DNA from: Candidatus Latescibacterota bacterium
GTDB taxonomy: Bacteria; Latescibacterota; UBA2968; UBA8231
Assembly: GCA_964291625.2 (NCBI GenBank)
Contig: OZ220089.1
Coordinates: 2,304,001 to 2,368,000 of the forward strand
Direction of reading: 5' to 3'
Length of the DNA: 64,000 bases
How positions within the stretch are numbered: the first letter of the stretch is position 1; the number at the start of each line of letters is the position of its first letter. Of the stretch, positions 30,532-40,521 are shown in pieces. A program made the translations under genes and the position numbers. Under the pieces are notes generated by a model. The model was not told the DNA's origin. It worked only from the letters and a program-made list of their open reading frames with translations, and did no database searches.

Positions 30532-32025
30532 TCAGCTTTCGGAGGCCGGGGAGTCGGGCAGCAGCCCGCGGAACCGGCCGTAGGCCTCCTCCCAGCGGCC
30601 GGCGTCGCCGGAGGGGGTGAAGGTCCGGGGCTCGAAGGAGGCGCGGACCACGGCACGGATATCGCCGACGGAGGCGAGGCGGCCCAAGCCGAGGGCCTGC
30701 ACCAGCAGGTTGCCGATCGCCGTGGCTTCCGCCGGCCCGGCGACGACCGGACGGCTGGTGGCGTCGGCGGTGAGCTGGCAGAGCAGGGTGTTGCGGATGC
30801 CGCCGCCGACGACGTGGATCGGCTCCAGGCGCCGGCCCAGAACCTCCTCGAGGCGCTCGAGGACCCAGCGGTACTTCAGGGCCAGGCTCTCCAGCAGACA
30901 GCGGATCACGGCGCCCTCGCCGGCGGGCTCGGGCTGTCCGGTGTCGCGGCAGAAGGCGGCCACCCGGCCGGGCATGTCCCCCGGAGGCAGGAAGCGCCCG
31001 TCGTCGGGGTCCACGAGGGGACCGAAACCGGGGGCCTCCGCCGCGGCCCGGGTGAGCTCGTCGTAGGAGAGGTCGCGGCCGGCCGCCGCCCAGGTCCGGC
31101 GGCACTCCTGCACCAGCCACAGACCCATGATGTTCTTCAGAAAGCGGAAGGTGCCGCCCACGCCGCCCTCGTTGGTGAAGTTGTACCTCAGGGCGCCGTC
31201 CGAGAGATCCGGGGCCTGCAGCTCGGCGCCCATGAGCGACCACGTTCCGGAGCTGATGTAGGCGAAGTCGGCGCCCTCGGCGGGCACGGCGGCCACGGCG
31301 GCGCCGGTGTCGTGGGTGGCCGGCGCCACCACCGGGATCCCGGAGGCCAGTCCGCAATCGCGGGACACGCTCTCCAGAAGCGGTCCGATCCGCGTGCCCG
31401 GCGGGACGATCTCGGGCAGGATGCCGTGCGGCAGGCCGAAGGCCTCGAGGAGCTCCCTCGACCAGCGCCCCTGCCGCGGATCGTAGAACTGGGTGGTGGT
31501 GGCGTTGGTGAACTCGCAGACCTGCTCCCCCGTGAGGAAGTAGTGCAGCAGGTCGGCCATCATCAGCAGCCGGTGGGCGGCGCCCAGTTGGGGAGCGGAC
31601 TGCTCCTGCATGGACAGCAGTTGGAAGAGGGTGTTGATCGGCAGGAGCTGCACCCCCGTTGCGGCGAACACGCGCTCCCGGGAGACGCGCTCCAGGGCCC
31701 GGTCCAGCACGCCCTCGGTTCGCGGGTCCCGGTAGTGGCGGGGGTTGTCGACGAGAGATCCATCGGCGGCCAGCAGGCCGAAGTCCACCCCCCAGGTGTC
31801 GACCCCCACGGAGGCGATCCCGGCCCCGGCAGCCGCCCGCAGCCCCTGCTTGATCCCGTCGTGCAGGCGCAGCACGTCCCAGTAGAGCCGGTCGAGGACC
31901 GCCGTGCCTCCCGTGGGGAACCGGTGCAGCTCCTCCAGCTCCAGGCGCTCGCCGTCGAAGCGGCCGAGAATGGCGCGGCCGCTCTCGGCGCCGAGGTCGA
32001 AGGCGAGGAGCGGGTTGCCGGTCAC
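30532..32025 (-). CDS. rhaB: Rhamnulokinase family (FGGY) sugar kinase
   Basis: AFDLGAESGR, DTWGVDF, HYRD.RT, HDT, SSGTWSL, FTNEGG, KNIMGLW. Confidence 0.88.
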   Translation of the reverse strand: MTGNPLLAFDLGAESGRAILGRFDGERLELEELHRFPTGGTAVLDRLYWDVLRLHDGIKQGLRAAAGAGIASVGVDTWGVDFGLLAADGSLVDNPRHYRDPRTEGVLDRALERVSRERVFAATGVQLLPINTLFQLLSMQEQSAPQLGAAHRLLMMADLLHYFLTGEQVCEFTNATTTQFYDPRQGRWSRELLEAFGLPHGILPEIVPPGTRIGPLLESVSRDCGLASGIPVVAPATHDTGAAVAAVPAEGADFAYISSGTWSLMGAELQAPDLSDGALRYNFTNEGGVGGTFRFLKNIMGLWLVQECRRTWAAAGRDLSYDELTRAAAEAPGFGPLVDPDDGRFLPPGDMPGRVAAFCRDTGQPEPAGEGAVIRCLLESLALKYRWVLERLEEVLGRRLEPIHVVGGGIRNTLLCQLTADATSRPVVAGPAEATAIGNLLVQALGLGRLASVGDIRAVVRASFEPRTFTPSGDAGRWEEAYGRFRGLLPDSPASES

Positions 32026-32081
32026 GCGCGGAGGGTGCCCCGGCGCCGGCCTGTCGGCCCCCTGCGTACGCCGCCGTACAC

Positions 32082-32360
32082 TTACAGGTAGTTCAGGCCG
32101 AGCTCGGCGATCAGCTGGCGAGTGGGGTTGTGCAGCAGGGAACAGATGAGGGCGACGCCGAACTCGCGCTCCAGCCCGGCGGCGTAGGTGGACTGCTCGT
32201 CGCGGTAGTTGAGCCGCTGGAAGCCGAGGACGGTGTCCTTGAACTGGTCGGTGCGCTCGCAGATCACCAGCTCCGCCAGCTCGGAGTGACGCAGGGCCTC
32301 CTCGACGTAGTCCTCGCCGAAGATCTCCTCCAGGGCTGTTCGCAGCTGACGGTGAAGCAC
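32082..32360 (-). CDS. Hypothetical 92-aa protein
   Basis: Typical high-GC3 codon usage and acidic/helical composition; same strand and close spacing as purC and rhaB. Confidence 0.7.
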   Translation of the reverse strand: MLHRQLRTALEEIFGEDYVEEALRHSELAELVICERTDQFKDTVLGFQRLNYRDEQSTYAAGLEREFGVALICSLLHNPTRQLIAELGLNYL

Positions 32361-32372
32361 GGGGAGGCTCGC

Positions 32373-32648
32373 TCAGAAGGGGAAGATCTCGTCGAGACGC
32401 CGGAGGGTGCGGCTGCGGGCGTCCGTGGCGGGAGACGGCGCGATCGAGAGCAGGGAAGCCCCGGGGACCCGCGCCCGGTCCACGGGCATCTGGATCACCG
32501 GCCGCCGCAGCCATGCCAGCAGGACGAGACCCGCGTCGATCGCCGGCAGCCGCAGCTCCAGTCGGAACACGAGCACGGCGCCCAGGAACCGGCCGAGAAC
32601 CGACCGGCGGGCCGGCGCGCTCCGCAGCTCCGCGGCCCCGGTGCTCAC
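32373..32648 (-). CDS. Hypothetical 91-aa protein
   Basis: GTG overlaps the purC stop (GTGA); fills the gap before the next gene. Confidence 0.45.
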   Translation of the reverse strand: MSTGAAELRSAPARRSVLGRFLGAVLVFRLELRLPAIDAGLVLLAWLRRPVIQMPVDRARVPGASLLSIAPSPATDARSRTLRRLDEIFPF

Positions 32649-33646
32649 ACCGGTTTGCCCCCGGGAGCGAAGAACGGCTCGATCGCTCTTTCGATGCGGT
32701 CCCTCACGGAACCGTCCTCCCCCAGGTCTGGCTCGAAGGCCCGCCCCGTCACCCGCTCGAAGAGATCGACGTAGCGTCCTGCCACCTCGACGCGGATATC
32801 GTCGTCGAGATGGGGGATGTTGTCGTCGGAGATGCCCTTGTCCTTCAGCCACAGACGGAGGAACTCCTTGTCCAGGCTCTCCGGCTCGTCGCCGCGCCCG
32901 TGGCGCTCCTCGTAGCTGTCCAGATTCCAGTAGCGGGAGGAGTCGGGCGTGTGGATCTCGTCGGCCACCGCGATCCGCCCCTCGGCGTTGCGGCCCATCT
33001 CGTACTTGGTGTCCACCAGGATCAGCCCCTGCTCCGCCGCCAGTTGTTGCCCCCGGGCGAACAACTCCAGGGCGATCTCTTCGATCCGGCGCCAGGTCCT
33101 CTCGTCGACCAGGCCGCGCTCGACGATCTGCTCTGCGGAGATCGGCTCGTCGTGGTCCTCGGACTTGGTGGTGGGCGTGATGATCGGCGCCTCGAATGGC
33201 TGGTTCTTGATCATGCCGTCGGGGAGCCGGTTGCCGCACAGCTCCCGCACCCCGCGCGCGTAGTGGGTCCAGGCCGAGGTCTCGGTGCTGCCCGTCAGGT
33301 AGCCCCTCACGACGACCTCCACGGGGAACATGTCCAGCTCCTCGGCAACGGTGACGCTGGCGTGCGGCACCTGGAGGACGTGGTTCGGCACGATGTCGGC
33401 GGTACGCTCGAACCAGTACTGGGCGATCCGGTTGAGAACCTGCCCCTTCAGGGGGATGGTGCCCAGGACGTGATCGAAGGCGCTCTGCCGGTCGGTGGTG
33501 ATCAGGATGCGGCGGTCCGCAATGCGGTAGATATCGCGGACCTTCCCCTGGTGGTAGGAGTCGGCCCAGCGCTCGAAGCGAGCTTCGAGCAGGCAGTCGT
33601 CAAGCAGGTTGCGGAGCTGTTCGCGGCTGACCAACAGTGCCTCCAT
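32645..33646 (-). CDS. purC: SAICAR synthetase
   Basis: GKVRDIY, TDRQSAFD, EVVVRGYLTGS, LVDTKYE, DEIHTPDSSRYW, DKEFLR. Confidence 0.97.
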   Translation of the reverse strand: MEALLVSREQLRNLLDDCLLEARFERWADSYHQGKVRDIYRIADRRILITTDRQSAFDHVLGTIPLKGQVLNRIAQYWFERTADIVPNHVLQVPHASVTVAEELDMFPVEVVVRGYLTGSTETSAWTHYARGVRELCGNRLPDGMIKNQPFEAPIITPTTKSEDHDEPISAEQIVERGLVDERTWRRIEEIALELFARGQQLAAEQGLILVDTKYEMGRNAEGRIAVADEIHTPDSSRYWNLDSYEERHGRGDEPESLDKEFLRLWLKDKGISDDNIPHLDDDIRVEVAGRYVDLFERVTGRAFEPDLGEDGSVRDRIERAIEPFFAPGGKPV

Positions 33647-33672
33647 CGGGTGCAGGTGAAGGGGGTTTGGTG

Positions 33673-33701
33673 AAGGTATCCCGGCCTCCGCAACCCGTCA
33701 A
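33673..33701 (-). promoter_or_regulatory. Sigma70-type promoter for the purC operon
   Basis: TTGACG-17 bp-TACCTT on the minus strand. Confidence 0.6.
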
Positions 33702-33827
33702 CGAAGCGCCTTGCCTTCGGCTTTCGGGGCGTTGTATGTTACGGCCGAGCCCGTCATCGGCGGCGCCCCTGGCGCTGCCGGGCGGGCCCTCGCGTGGAAC
33801 CTGCACCACCTACGCCTGGAGGTCGAA

Positions 33828-34310
33828 ATGGTACGGGGGCTGCTGCTCACACTCACGTTGGCGGTGGGGCTGACCGGATGCGGCAGGGAGGAGGAGATCG
33901 CCGAACTGAAGCAGTATGTGAAGTCGATCCAGGAGTTTCAGGACTTCAACGAGCGCGTGGAGCGGACGATCCTGCGTTTCGACGATCCAAGCGTGCCGGT
34001 CACCAATGCCGACATCGAGGCAGCCAGGGCCATGCTCGACGAGTACGCCGACGCCGTGAACACCATCCCGGCCCTCGACGAGCGCACGATCCGCAACACC
34101 CACGACCTCTACCAGCGGGCCTTCGAGCAGGCCCGCCGCCTGGCGCGAGACGAGACCGGCGACACCCGGCGGCAGGCGCACTCCGTGGCCATCGGCCTGC
34201 GGAACCTGCGCCGCGACATCGAGCAGCGCGTCTACCCGTCGTTGATCGTCCTCCTGGCGCGGGAGCAACTGGAGGGCGGCGAGTACGAACTGGCCTGGCC
34301 GGAACTCTGA
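33828..34310 (+). CDS. Hypothetical helical lipoprotein
   Basis: RBS GGAGG; lipobox LTGC. Confidence 0.75.
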   Translation: MVRGLLLTLTLAVGLTGCGREEEIAELKQYVKSIQEFQDFNERVERTILRFDDPSVPVTNADIEAARAMLDEYADAVNTIPALDERTIRNTHDLYQRAFEQARRLARDETGDTRRQAHSVAIGLRNLRRDIEQRVYPSLIVLLAREQLEGGEYELAWPEL

Positions 34311-34490
34311 AGCGCTCATCCTGACGTAGGCCGTTACGCGGCCGGGCCCTCTGACCGGGTCCCGGCCGTCCCCCTCGTCCAGCGCGGCCCCCGCATTTCC
34401 CCTGGCCGAGCGCGCCTCGGCGGGCCCGCCGTGCCACGGCCGGTGCCCTCGACAATCCCGAACCTCAAGACCTGGAGGGCCCGCCGCCGA

Positions 34491-36047
34491 TCAGGCGCCG
34501 GCGGCTGAGCGCAGTCCTCTCCCATCCCTGGTCCTGGCACCGAGCCACCGCAGGCCCGCGAGACCCAGCCAGGGCTGCAGGCCGGAGAGCGTTCCGGTGT
34601 ACAGGAACCCCGCGTGAAAGAGCAGCAGGAAGGGGATCCCCAGGTAGAGCTGCGCCTCCAAGGCTCGAAGGATGACCAGCACGAAGTAGCCGGCCATCGC
34701 CAGCTCCGCCAGGGCCACCAGGGTTTTCGACCCCGCGTACTTCGCTCCGGGAAGGGAACCGCCGGAACCCACGCCGTACTTGGGCGTGCGCTGAAAACCG
34801 GTCCTGTAGCCCAGCAACCCTTCCAGGACCGCCCGGGCATTGTTGACGCACAGGCTGATGCCGATCGCCATCAGCAGCGGCAGGTATTTGATCGAGCTCT
34901 TCCAGTCTTCGTACAGGGCCTTCTGCGAGACCAGGTAGTAGCTCCCGATGGCCATCGTCGCCATCGAGAACAGGGGCAGGTCGATGAGAAACAACCGGTG
35001 CTCCCAGGGCATCGACTGCCGGATCCCGAGGACCGGCAGCATGAGCACCGCCATGAGCAGCATGAGCACGTAGCAGATGTTCGCCGTCAGGTGCACGGTG
35101 GCCTCCACCTTCACCTTCAGGGGCAGCCGTGCCCGCCACACGCGGGGCAGGATCTTGCGGGCGGTCTGCACCGCGCCCTTGGTCCAGCGATGCTGCTGGG
35201 TCTTGAAGGCGTTGATCTCCACGGGCAGCTCCGCCGGCACCTCGATGTCGGGCAGGTAGAGGAACCTCCATCCGGCGAGTTGCGCCCGGAAGCTCAGGTC
35301 GAGGTCCTCGGTGAGTGTGTCGTGCTGCCAGCCGCCGCCGTCGACGATCGCCTGGCGACGCCAGAGTCCGGCGGTACCGTTGAAATTGAAGAACCGGCCC
35401 GAGCGGTTGCGCGCGGTGTGCTCGATGACGAGATGGCCGTCGAGGAAAATCGACTGGATGCGGGTGAGCAGTGAGAAGCGCCGGTTGAGGTGGCCCCAAC
35501 GCAGCTGCACCATGCCGATGCGATCGTCGGTGAAGTGATGGATGGCCTTCTTCAGGACATCGGGGGGCGGCACGAAGTCGGCGTCCAGAAGGAAGATGAA
35601 CTCGCTGCGGGTCCGGGACAGGCCGGCCGCGAGGGCTCCGGCCTTGTACCCCTCGCGGTTGTCCCGGCGCAGGTAACGAGCGTCCACCCCCTGCCCCCGC
35701 AGGCGCTCCACGGCGGCCACCGCCCGTCCGCGGGTCTCGTCCGTCGAGTCGTCGAGGACCTGCACCTCGAGCCGGTCCTTCGGGTAGTGGAGGGCGCCGA
35801 TGCTGTCCACGAGGCGGTCGACGACGTGGTACTCGTTGTAGATGGGCAGCTGCACCGTCACTCGGGGCAGCTGGGGGAAGCGCCCCGGAGGCTCGGGGGT
35901 CTCCCGGCGGTGACGGCAGTAGAGGCGCAGCATGAACCAGCGGTGGAACCCGTACAGGCTCAGGAGGCCGACGGTGACGCAGTAGAGAGTGAGGAGGGCG
36001 ATCTGCGCCGCCGAAAGAGCCCCCAGGCCGTCGATCGTCTCAGCCAT
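34491..36047 (-). CDS. GT2 processive glycosyltransferase (CslA/cellulose-synthase-like)
   Basis: QLPIYNE, LDDSTD, KAGAL, DADF, TEDLDL, QQHRW. Confidence 0.92.
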   Translation of the reverse strand: MAETIDGLGALSAAQIALLTLYCVTVGLLSLYGFHRWFMLRLYCRHRRETPEPPGRFPQLPRVTVQLPIYNEYHVVDRLVDSIGALHYPKDRLEVQVLDDSTDETRGRAVAAVERLRGQGVDARYLRRDNREGYKAGALAAGLSRTRSEFIFLLDADFVPPPDVLKKAIHHFTDDRIGMVQLRWGHLNRRFSLLTRIQSIFLDGHLVIEHTARNRSGRFFNFNGTAGLWRRQAIVDGGGWQHDTLTEDLDLSFRAQLAGWRFLYLPDIEVPAELPVEINAFKTQQHRWTKGAVQTARKILPRVWRARLPLKVKVEATVHLTANICYVLMLLMAVLMLPVLGIRQSMPWEHRLFLIDLPLFSMATMAIGSYYLVSQKALYEDWKSSIKYLPLLMAIGISLCVNNARAVLEGLLGYRTGFQRTPKYGVGSGGSLPGAKYAGSKTLVALAELAMAGYFVLVILRALEAQLYLGIPFLLLFHAGFLYTGTLSGLQPWLGLAGLRWLGARTRDGRGLRSAAGA

Positions 36048-36072
36048 GGCCTACCTTCCCGCCCCGCCCCCT

Positions 36073-39000
36073 TCAGCCCTTGCCGTGGCAATGCTTGAAC
36101 TTCTTGCCGCTGCCGCAGGGGCAGGGCTGGTTCCGGCCCACCTTCGGACCGGCCCGCACCGGCGCTCTCTTCGCCGGCCCGCCGCCCTCGCTGCCCGCCG
36201 CTACCAGCTCCTGATCGTCCCGGGGGGCCCCGGCCGGGCGCCCCAGGGGCATTCCGTCACCCGCGGGCGCACCCGGCGCCGAGGCCTCGGCGGGACCGGC
36301 CGGTGCGCCGCGGAAGCCGAGGTTCGTCGCCTCCCGATGGATGTCGCTGAACCGGCCCCGGCCGGCGGGCGCCCGTCTCTCCGGTACCGGCCCCGCCTCG
36401 ACGCGAAGCTGGAACAGGTTGCTCAGCGACTCGGTATCGATCCGCCCGATGAGACTCTCGAACATCTCGAAAGCCTCCTTCTGGTACACCAGCAGGGGGT
36501 CCTTGCCGCCCACCCCGGCGAACCCGACCCCCTCCTTCAACTCGTCCATCTCGTAGAGGTGTTCCTGCCAGCACGTGTCGATGGTGTGCAGCAGGATCGC
36601 CTTCTCCACCTCGTTGAAGGTGTTCTCGTCGACGGCCTGGCGGCGGTGCTCGTACGCGGCCCGGGCGGCCTCGAGGAGGCGCGCTTCCAGGGCGGAGGAC
36701 TCGACGCCGTCGCGCTCGGCCACCTCCACCGGGAAGGGGGTGTAGAACCGGGTCGAGAAGTCGTCGGCCAGGTCTTCCCAGGTCCACTCGGAGGAGTGCG
36801 TGTCGGCCTGGGCGTGGGCGGCGACCAGGCCGGAGACGGTCTCGGCGATGATGTCGAGCACCTGGTCCCGGGCGGTGTCCCGCTCGAGGATGTCGCGCCG
36901 ACGGTTGTAGATCACCTGGCGCTGCTGGTTCATCACGTCGTCGTATTTCAGCAGGTGCTTGCGGATCTCGAAGTTGCGCGCCTCCACTTTCTTCTGGGCC
37001 CGCTCGATGGAGCGCGTCACCATGCGGTGCTCGATGACCTCTCCCTCCTCTGCCCCGAGGCGGTCCATCACCGAGGCGATGCGCTCCGAGCCGAAGAGCC
37101 TCATCAGGTCGTCCTCGAGGGAGAGGTAGAAGCGCGAGCCTCCGGGATCGCCCTGCCGGCCGGCGCGGCCCCTCAGCTGCCGGTCGATGCGGCGCGACTC
37201 GTGCCGCTCGGTGCCGATCACCTGCAGGCCGCTCGGGTTCTCGGTGAGCTCCTCGGCCAGAGGGCGGCCGTCGACGGCATCCTCCAAGGTCGTCTCCGAC
37301 TCGATCAGCTCGCGGTCGATGTGGACGACACCGGGGTTCAGCTTTATGTCGGTACCCCGCCCGGCCATGTTGGTGGCGATGGTCACCGTGCCCGGCTGGC
37401 CGGCGTCGGCCACCACCTGCGCCTCCTTCTCGTGGAAGCGGGCGTTCAGCAGCTGGTGCTGGATCCCCTTGCGCTTGAGCATGCGCGACAGCAGCTCGGA
37501 GATCTCCACCGAGATCGTGCCTACCAGCACGGGCAGTCCGCGCTCGTGAAGCCAGCCGATCTCCTCAATGATGGCGGTGTACTTCTCGCGCTTGGTGCGG
37601 AAGATCTGGTCCTCGTGGTCGAGGCGGCGCACCGGCCGGTGGGTGGGGATGACGACGACGTCGAGCTTGTAGATCTCCCACAGCTCCGCTGATTCGGTCT
37701 CGGCCGTACCGGTCATGCCGGCCAGCTTGCGATACATGCGGAACAGGTTCTGCAGGGTGATGGTGGCCACCGTCTGCGTCTCCTGCTCGACCTTGACTCC
37801 CTCCTTCGCCTCCAGGGCCTGGTGCAGCCCGTCGGCGAACCTCCGCCCGGGCTGGGGCCGGCCGGTGGACTCGTCGACGATGACGACCTTCCTGTCCTCG
37901 GTCACCATGTACTGGACGTCGCGCTCGAAGAGGGTGTAGGCGCGCATGAGCTGGTTGATGTTGTGCACCGCCTCGGTGCGCTGCTGGTGGTCGCGGTAGG
38001 CTTCGTCCTCGGCCGTGCGCCGCTCCTCCTCGCCCCGCGACTCGTCCTTGCGGATGCGGCCGATCTCCTCGCTCACGTCGGGAAGGACGAACAGGGCCTG
38101 CTCGTCGGGGGACAGCAGGTCCCGCCCCTTGTCCATCAGGTCGATGGTGTGGGCCTTCTCGTCGACTGCGTAGAACAACTCGTCGTCGATCTCGGTCATG
38201 CGCTTGTCGCGCATGAAGTCGGCCTCCACACGGCCGATGAGGCGCTTCGTGCCCTCCTCCTGCAGCGTCTTCATGAGACGCCGGTTCTTCGGGGCGCCGC
38301 GGACCGCGCGCAGCAGGGCGATGCCGGCCTCGTACTCGCCGTCCGCCTGCTGGCGTTTGCTCTCGGCCTCGGCCACGAGCTTGTTGACGAGGTTCGTCTG
38401 CGCCCGCAGCAGCCTCTCCACCATGGGCTTGAACTCGGCGTAGCGGTTCGTCGCCTCGGGCACGGGACCCGAGATGATCAGCGGCGTGCGGGCGTCGTCG
38501 ATCAGGTTGGAGTCGGCCTCGTCGACGATGGCGTAGTTGAACTCCCGCTGCACCATGTGCTCGCGGCGGGTGGCCATGTTGTCGTAGAGGTAGTCGAACC
38601 CGACCTGGTCCTTGGTGGCGTAGACGATGTCGGCCCGGTAGGCCTCGTGCCGGGTGGCCGGCCGCCAGACGAACTCCTCCGGGGGCGACTCCGGCGCCGG
38701 CAGCAGGTAGGCCTCGGCGCCGCCGGTCTGGCGCTGATCCTGGATCACGCCCACGGACAGACCGAGGAAGTTGTAGACGCCGCCCATCCACATGGCGTCG
38801 CGCTTGGCCAGGTAGTTGTTGTGGGTGATCAGGTGCACGCCGCGGCCCGGCAGAGCGTTGAGATACAGGGGCATGGTAGCCACCAGGGTCTTGCCCTCGC
38901 CGGTGGCCATCTCGGCGATCTTGCCCTCGTGCAGCACGGTGCCGCCGAAGAGCTGCACGTCGTAGGGCACCATGAACCACTCCTCGGGACCCCCGACACC

Positions 39001-39378
39001 TTCCCAGGTGCGCCCCACCAGCCGGCGGCAGGCCTCCTTGACCAGGGCGAAGGCCTCCTCCTGGATCTCCTCGAGGGCCTCGCCCTCGGCGGCGTGAATC
39101 TCCTCGTTCAGGGCCTCGTGGCGATCGTTGAGATCCTCGCGCTCCCCGGGCTCGAGGTCGCTGCGCAGCTGCTCCTCGATCTCCCGCAGCTCCCCGGCGC
39201 GGGGGCCGACGTGATCGCGGATCCGCTCCCGGAACCCCGCCGTGCGGGCGAAGAGCTCGGCGTCGGAGAGCGTCCTCAGCCCTGCCAGTTCCTCGTTGAT
39301 GTCGGCGAGGGCCGGCGAGGCCTTCCTGAACTCCCGCTCCGCCTGGGAGCCGAAGAGCTTCTTTATTGAACCCAGCAT
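36073..39378 (-). CDS. secA: Preprotein translocase ATPase SecA
   Basis: MATGEGKT, IVDEAD, GMTGTA, TNMAGRGTDI, RGRAGRQGDPG, C-terminal CPCGSGKKFKHCH. Confidence 0.98.
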   Translation of the reverse strand: MLGSIKKLFGSQAEREFRKASPALADINEELAGLRTLSDAELFARTAGFRERIRDHVGPRAGELREIEEQLRSDLEPGEREDLNDRHEALNEEIHAAEGEALEEIQEEAFALVKEACRRLVGRTWEGVGGPEEWFMVPYDVQLFGGTVLHEGKIAEMATGEGKTLVATMPLYLNALPGRGVHLITHNNYLAKRDAMWMGGVYNFLGLSVGVIQDQRQTGGAEAYLLPAPESPPEEFVWRPATRHEAYRADIVYATKDQVGFDYLYDNMATRREHMVQREFNYAIVDEADSNLIDDARTPLIISGPVPEATNRYAEFKPMVERLLRAQTNLVNKLVAEAESKRQQADGEYEAGIALLRAVRGAPKNRRLMKTLQEEGTKRLIGRVEADFMRDKRMTEIDDELFYAVDEKAHTIDLMDKGRDLLSPDEQALFVLPDVSEEIGRIRKDESRGEEERRTAEDEAYRDHQQRTEAVHNINQLMRAYTLFERDVQYMVTEDRKVVIVDESTGRPQPGRRFADGLHQALEAKEGVKVEQETQTVATITLQNLFRMYRKLAGMTGTAETESAELWEIYKLDVVVIPTHRPVRRLDHEDQIFRTKREKYTAIIEEIGWLHERGLPVLVGTISVEISELLSRMLKRKGIQHQLLNARFHEKEAQVVADAGQPGTVTIATNMAGRGTDIKLNPGVVHIDRELIESETTLEDAVDGRPLAEELTENPSGLQVIGTERHESRRIDRQLRGRAGRQGDPGGSRFYLSLEDDLMRLFGSERIASVMDRLGAEEGEVIEHRMVTRSIERAQKKVEARNFEIRKHLLKYDDVMNQQRQVIYNRRRDILERDTARDQVLDIIAETVSGLVAAHAQADTHSSEWTWEDLADDFSTRFYTPFPVEVAERDGVESSALEARLLEAARAAYEHRRQAVDENTFNEVEKAILLHTIDTCWQEHLYEMDELKEGVGFAGVGGKDPLLVYQKEAFEMFESLIGRIDTESLSNLFQLRVEAGPVPERRAPAGRGRFSDIHREATNLGFRGAPAGPAEASAPGAPAGDGMPLGRPAGAPRDDQELVAAGSEGGGPAKRAPVRAGPKVGRNQPCPCGSGKKFKHCHGKG

Positions 39379-39577
39379 GGTCTGTGTGCGGTTCGGTGTG
39401 ATGGGGAACAGATCGGGATTCCGAATGCCAGGCGCGCGGGGCCACCGGAGCATCTGCCGGCGGCCAGGTTCCTCACGGCAGGGGAAGGGGTCCCGCAACC
39501 GGACCTGCGGGAACCAGCGCGGTTAAGATACTCGACGCTCCCGAAAACGGCCACCGGCGCACCGGCCCCGGGGCGGG

Positions 39578-40036
39578 TCACAACCGGATGCCGCGGGCCC
39601 TCGCGATTCCGTCCAGAACCCCGTTCACGAAGGCATGCGACTGGCCTCCGCCGTAGGTGCGGGCCAGCTCTACGGCCTCGTCGATCGCCACCCGGCCGGG
39701 AACGTCGTCGAAGTAGAGCAGCTCGGCGGCCCCGAGCCGAAGCACGAGCCCGTCGAGGCGGGCGATGCGGTCGCTGGTCCAGTTGGTGGCGGTGGAGGAG
39801 ATCAGGCCATGGAGCTCCTCGGCGTGCTCCACGGCCGCCCGGGCCAGACGGCTGGCGAACTCGAGGTTCTCCCGCCGGAGGCCGGCGGCGGTCGCCCGCT
39901 GCCGCAGGGCCTCCTCGAGCTGTCCCGGTGAGGCCACTTCCCAGTAGAGGACCTCGAGAGCCAGCCGCCGGGCGCCGGTACGACTGTCCGGCAGTTCCTC
40001 CTCTTCCACTCCCCACTCGTCGGCGGCGCCGGTCAC
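39578..40036 (-). CDS. nusB: Transcription antitermination factor NusB
   Basis: ARRLALEVLY, NW..DR, AIDEAVELA, FVNGVLD; ribH-nusB synteny. Confidence 0.92.
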   Translation of the reverse strand: MTGAADEWGVEEEELPDSRTGARRLALEVLYWEVASPGQLEEALRQRATAAGLRRENLEFASRLARAAVEHAEELHGLISSTATNWTSDRIARLDGLVLRLGAAELLYFDDVPGRVAIDEAVELARTYGGGQSHAFVNGVLDGIARARGIRL

Positions 40037-40044
40037 GGCCTCTT

Positions 40045-40512
40045 TCAGTCCATCCCGGCCATCAGGTCGGCCATCTCGATGGCGTTCATCGCCGCGTCCC
40101 ATCCGCGGTTGCCGGAACGCACACCGGCCCGGTTGACGGCCTGCTCGGTATCGTCGGTGGTGATGACGCCGAAGGTCACCGGGGTGCCGCTGTCGAGGCC
40201 GACGCGGGCGATGCCGCGAGCCGTCTCGGCGGCGACGAAGTCGAAGTGAGGGGTCTCGGAGCGGATCACGGCGCCGAGGCAGATGACCGCGTCGAAGCGC
40301 CCGGTGACCGCCAGCCGGCGCGCCACCAGAGGCAGCTCGAAGGAGCCGGGGACCCAGGCGATCTCGACGTTGTCCTCCGGGCATCCGTGGCGCCGCAGGC
40401 AGTCCAGCGCGCCGTCGAGCAACCTGCCCGTGATCAGACTGTTGAAGCGGGCCACGACGATGGCGAAGCGCCGGCTGCCGGCCTCGAGCTTGCCCTCATG
40501 CACTTTCGGCAT
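40045..40512 (-). CDS. ribH: 6,7-dimethyl-8-ribityllumazine synthase
   Basis: [25 protein letters not shown]. Confidence 0.97.
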   Translation of the reverse strand: MPKVHEGKLEAGSRRFAIVVARFNSLITGRLLDGALDCLRRHGCPEDNVEIAWVPGSFELPLVARRLAVTGRFDAVICLGAVIRSETPHFDFVAAETARGIARVGLDSGTPVTFGVITTDDTEQAVNRAGVRSGNRGWDAAMNAIEMADLMAGMD

Positions 40513-40521
40513 CGGGTCCCC

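Noticed and set aside
39379-39530. CAGGTCCGG in the secA leader resembling SRP (4.5S) RNA helix 8
   Set aside because: It is followed by TTGCGGG rather than AAGGAAGCAG; it forms only a simple hairpin
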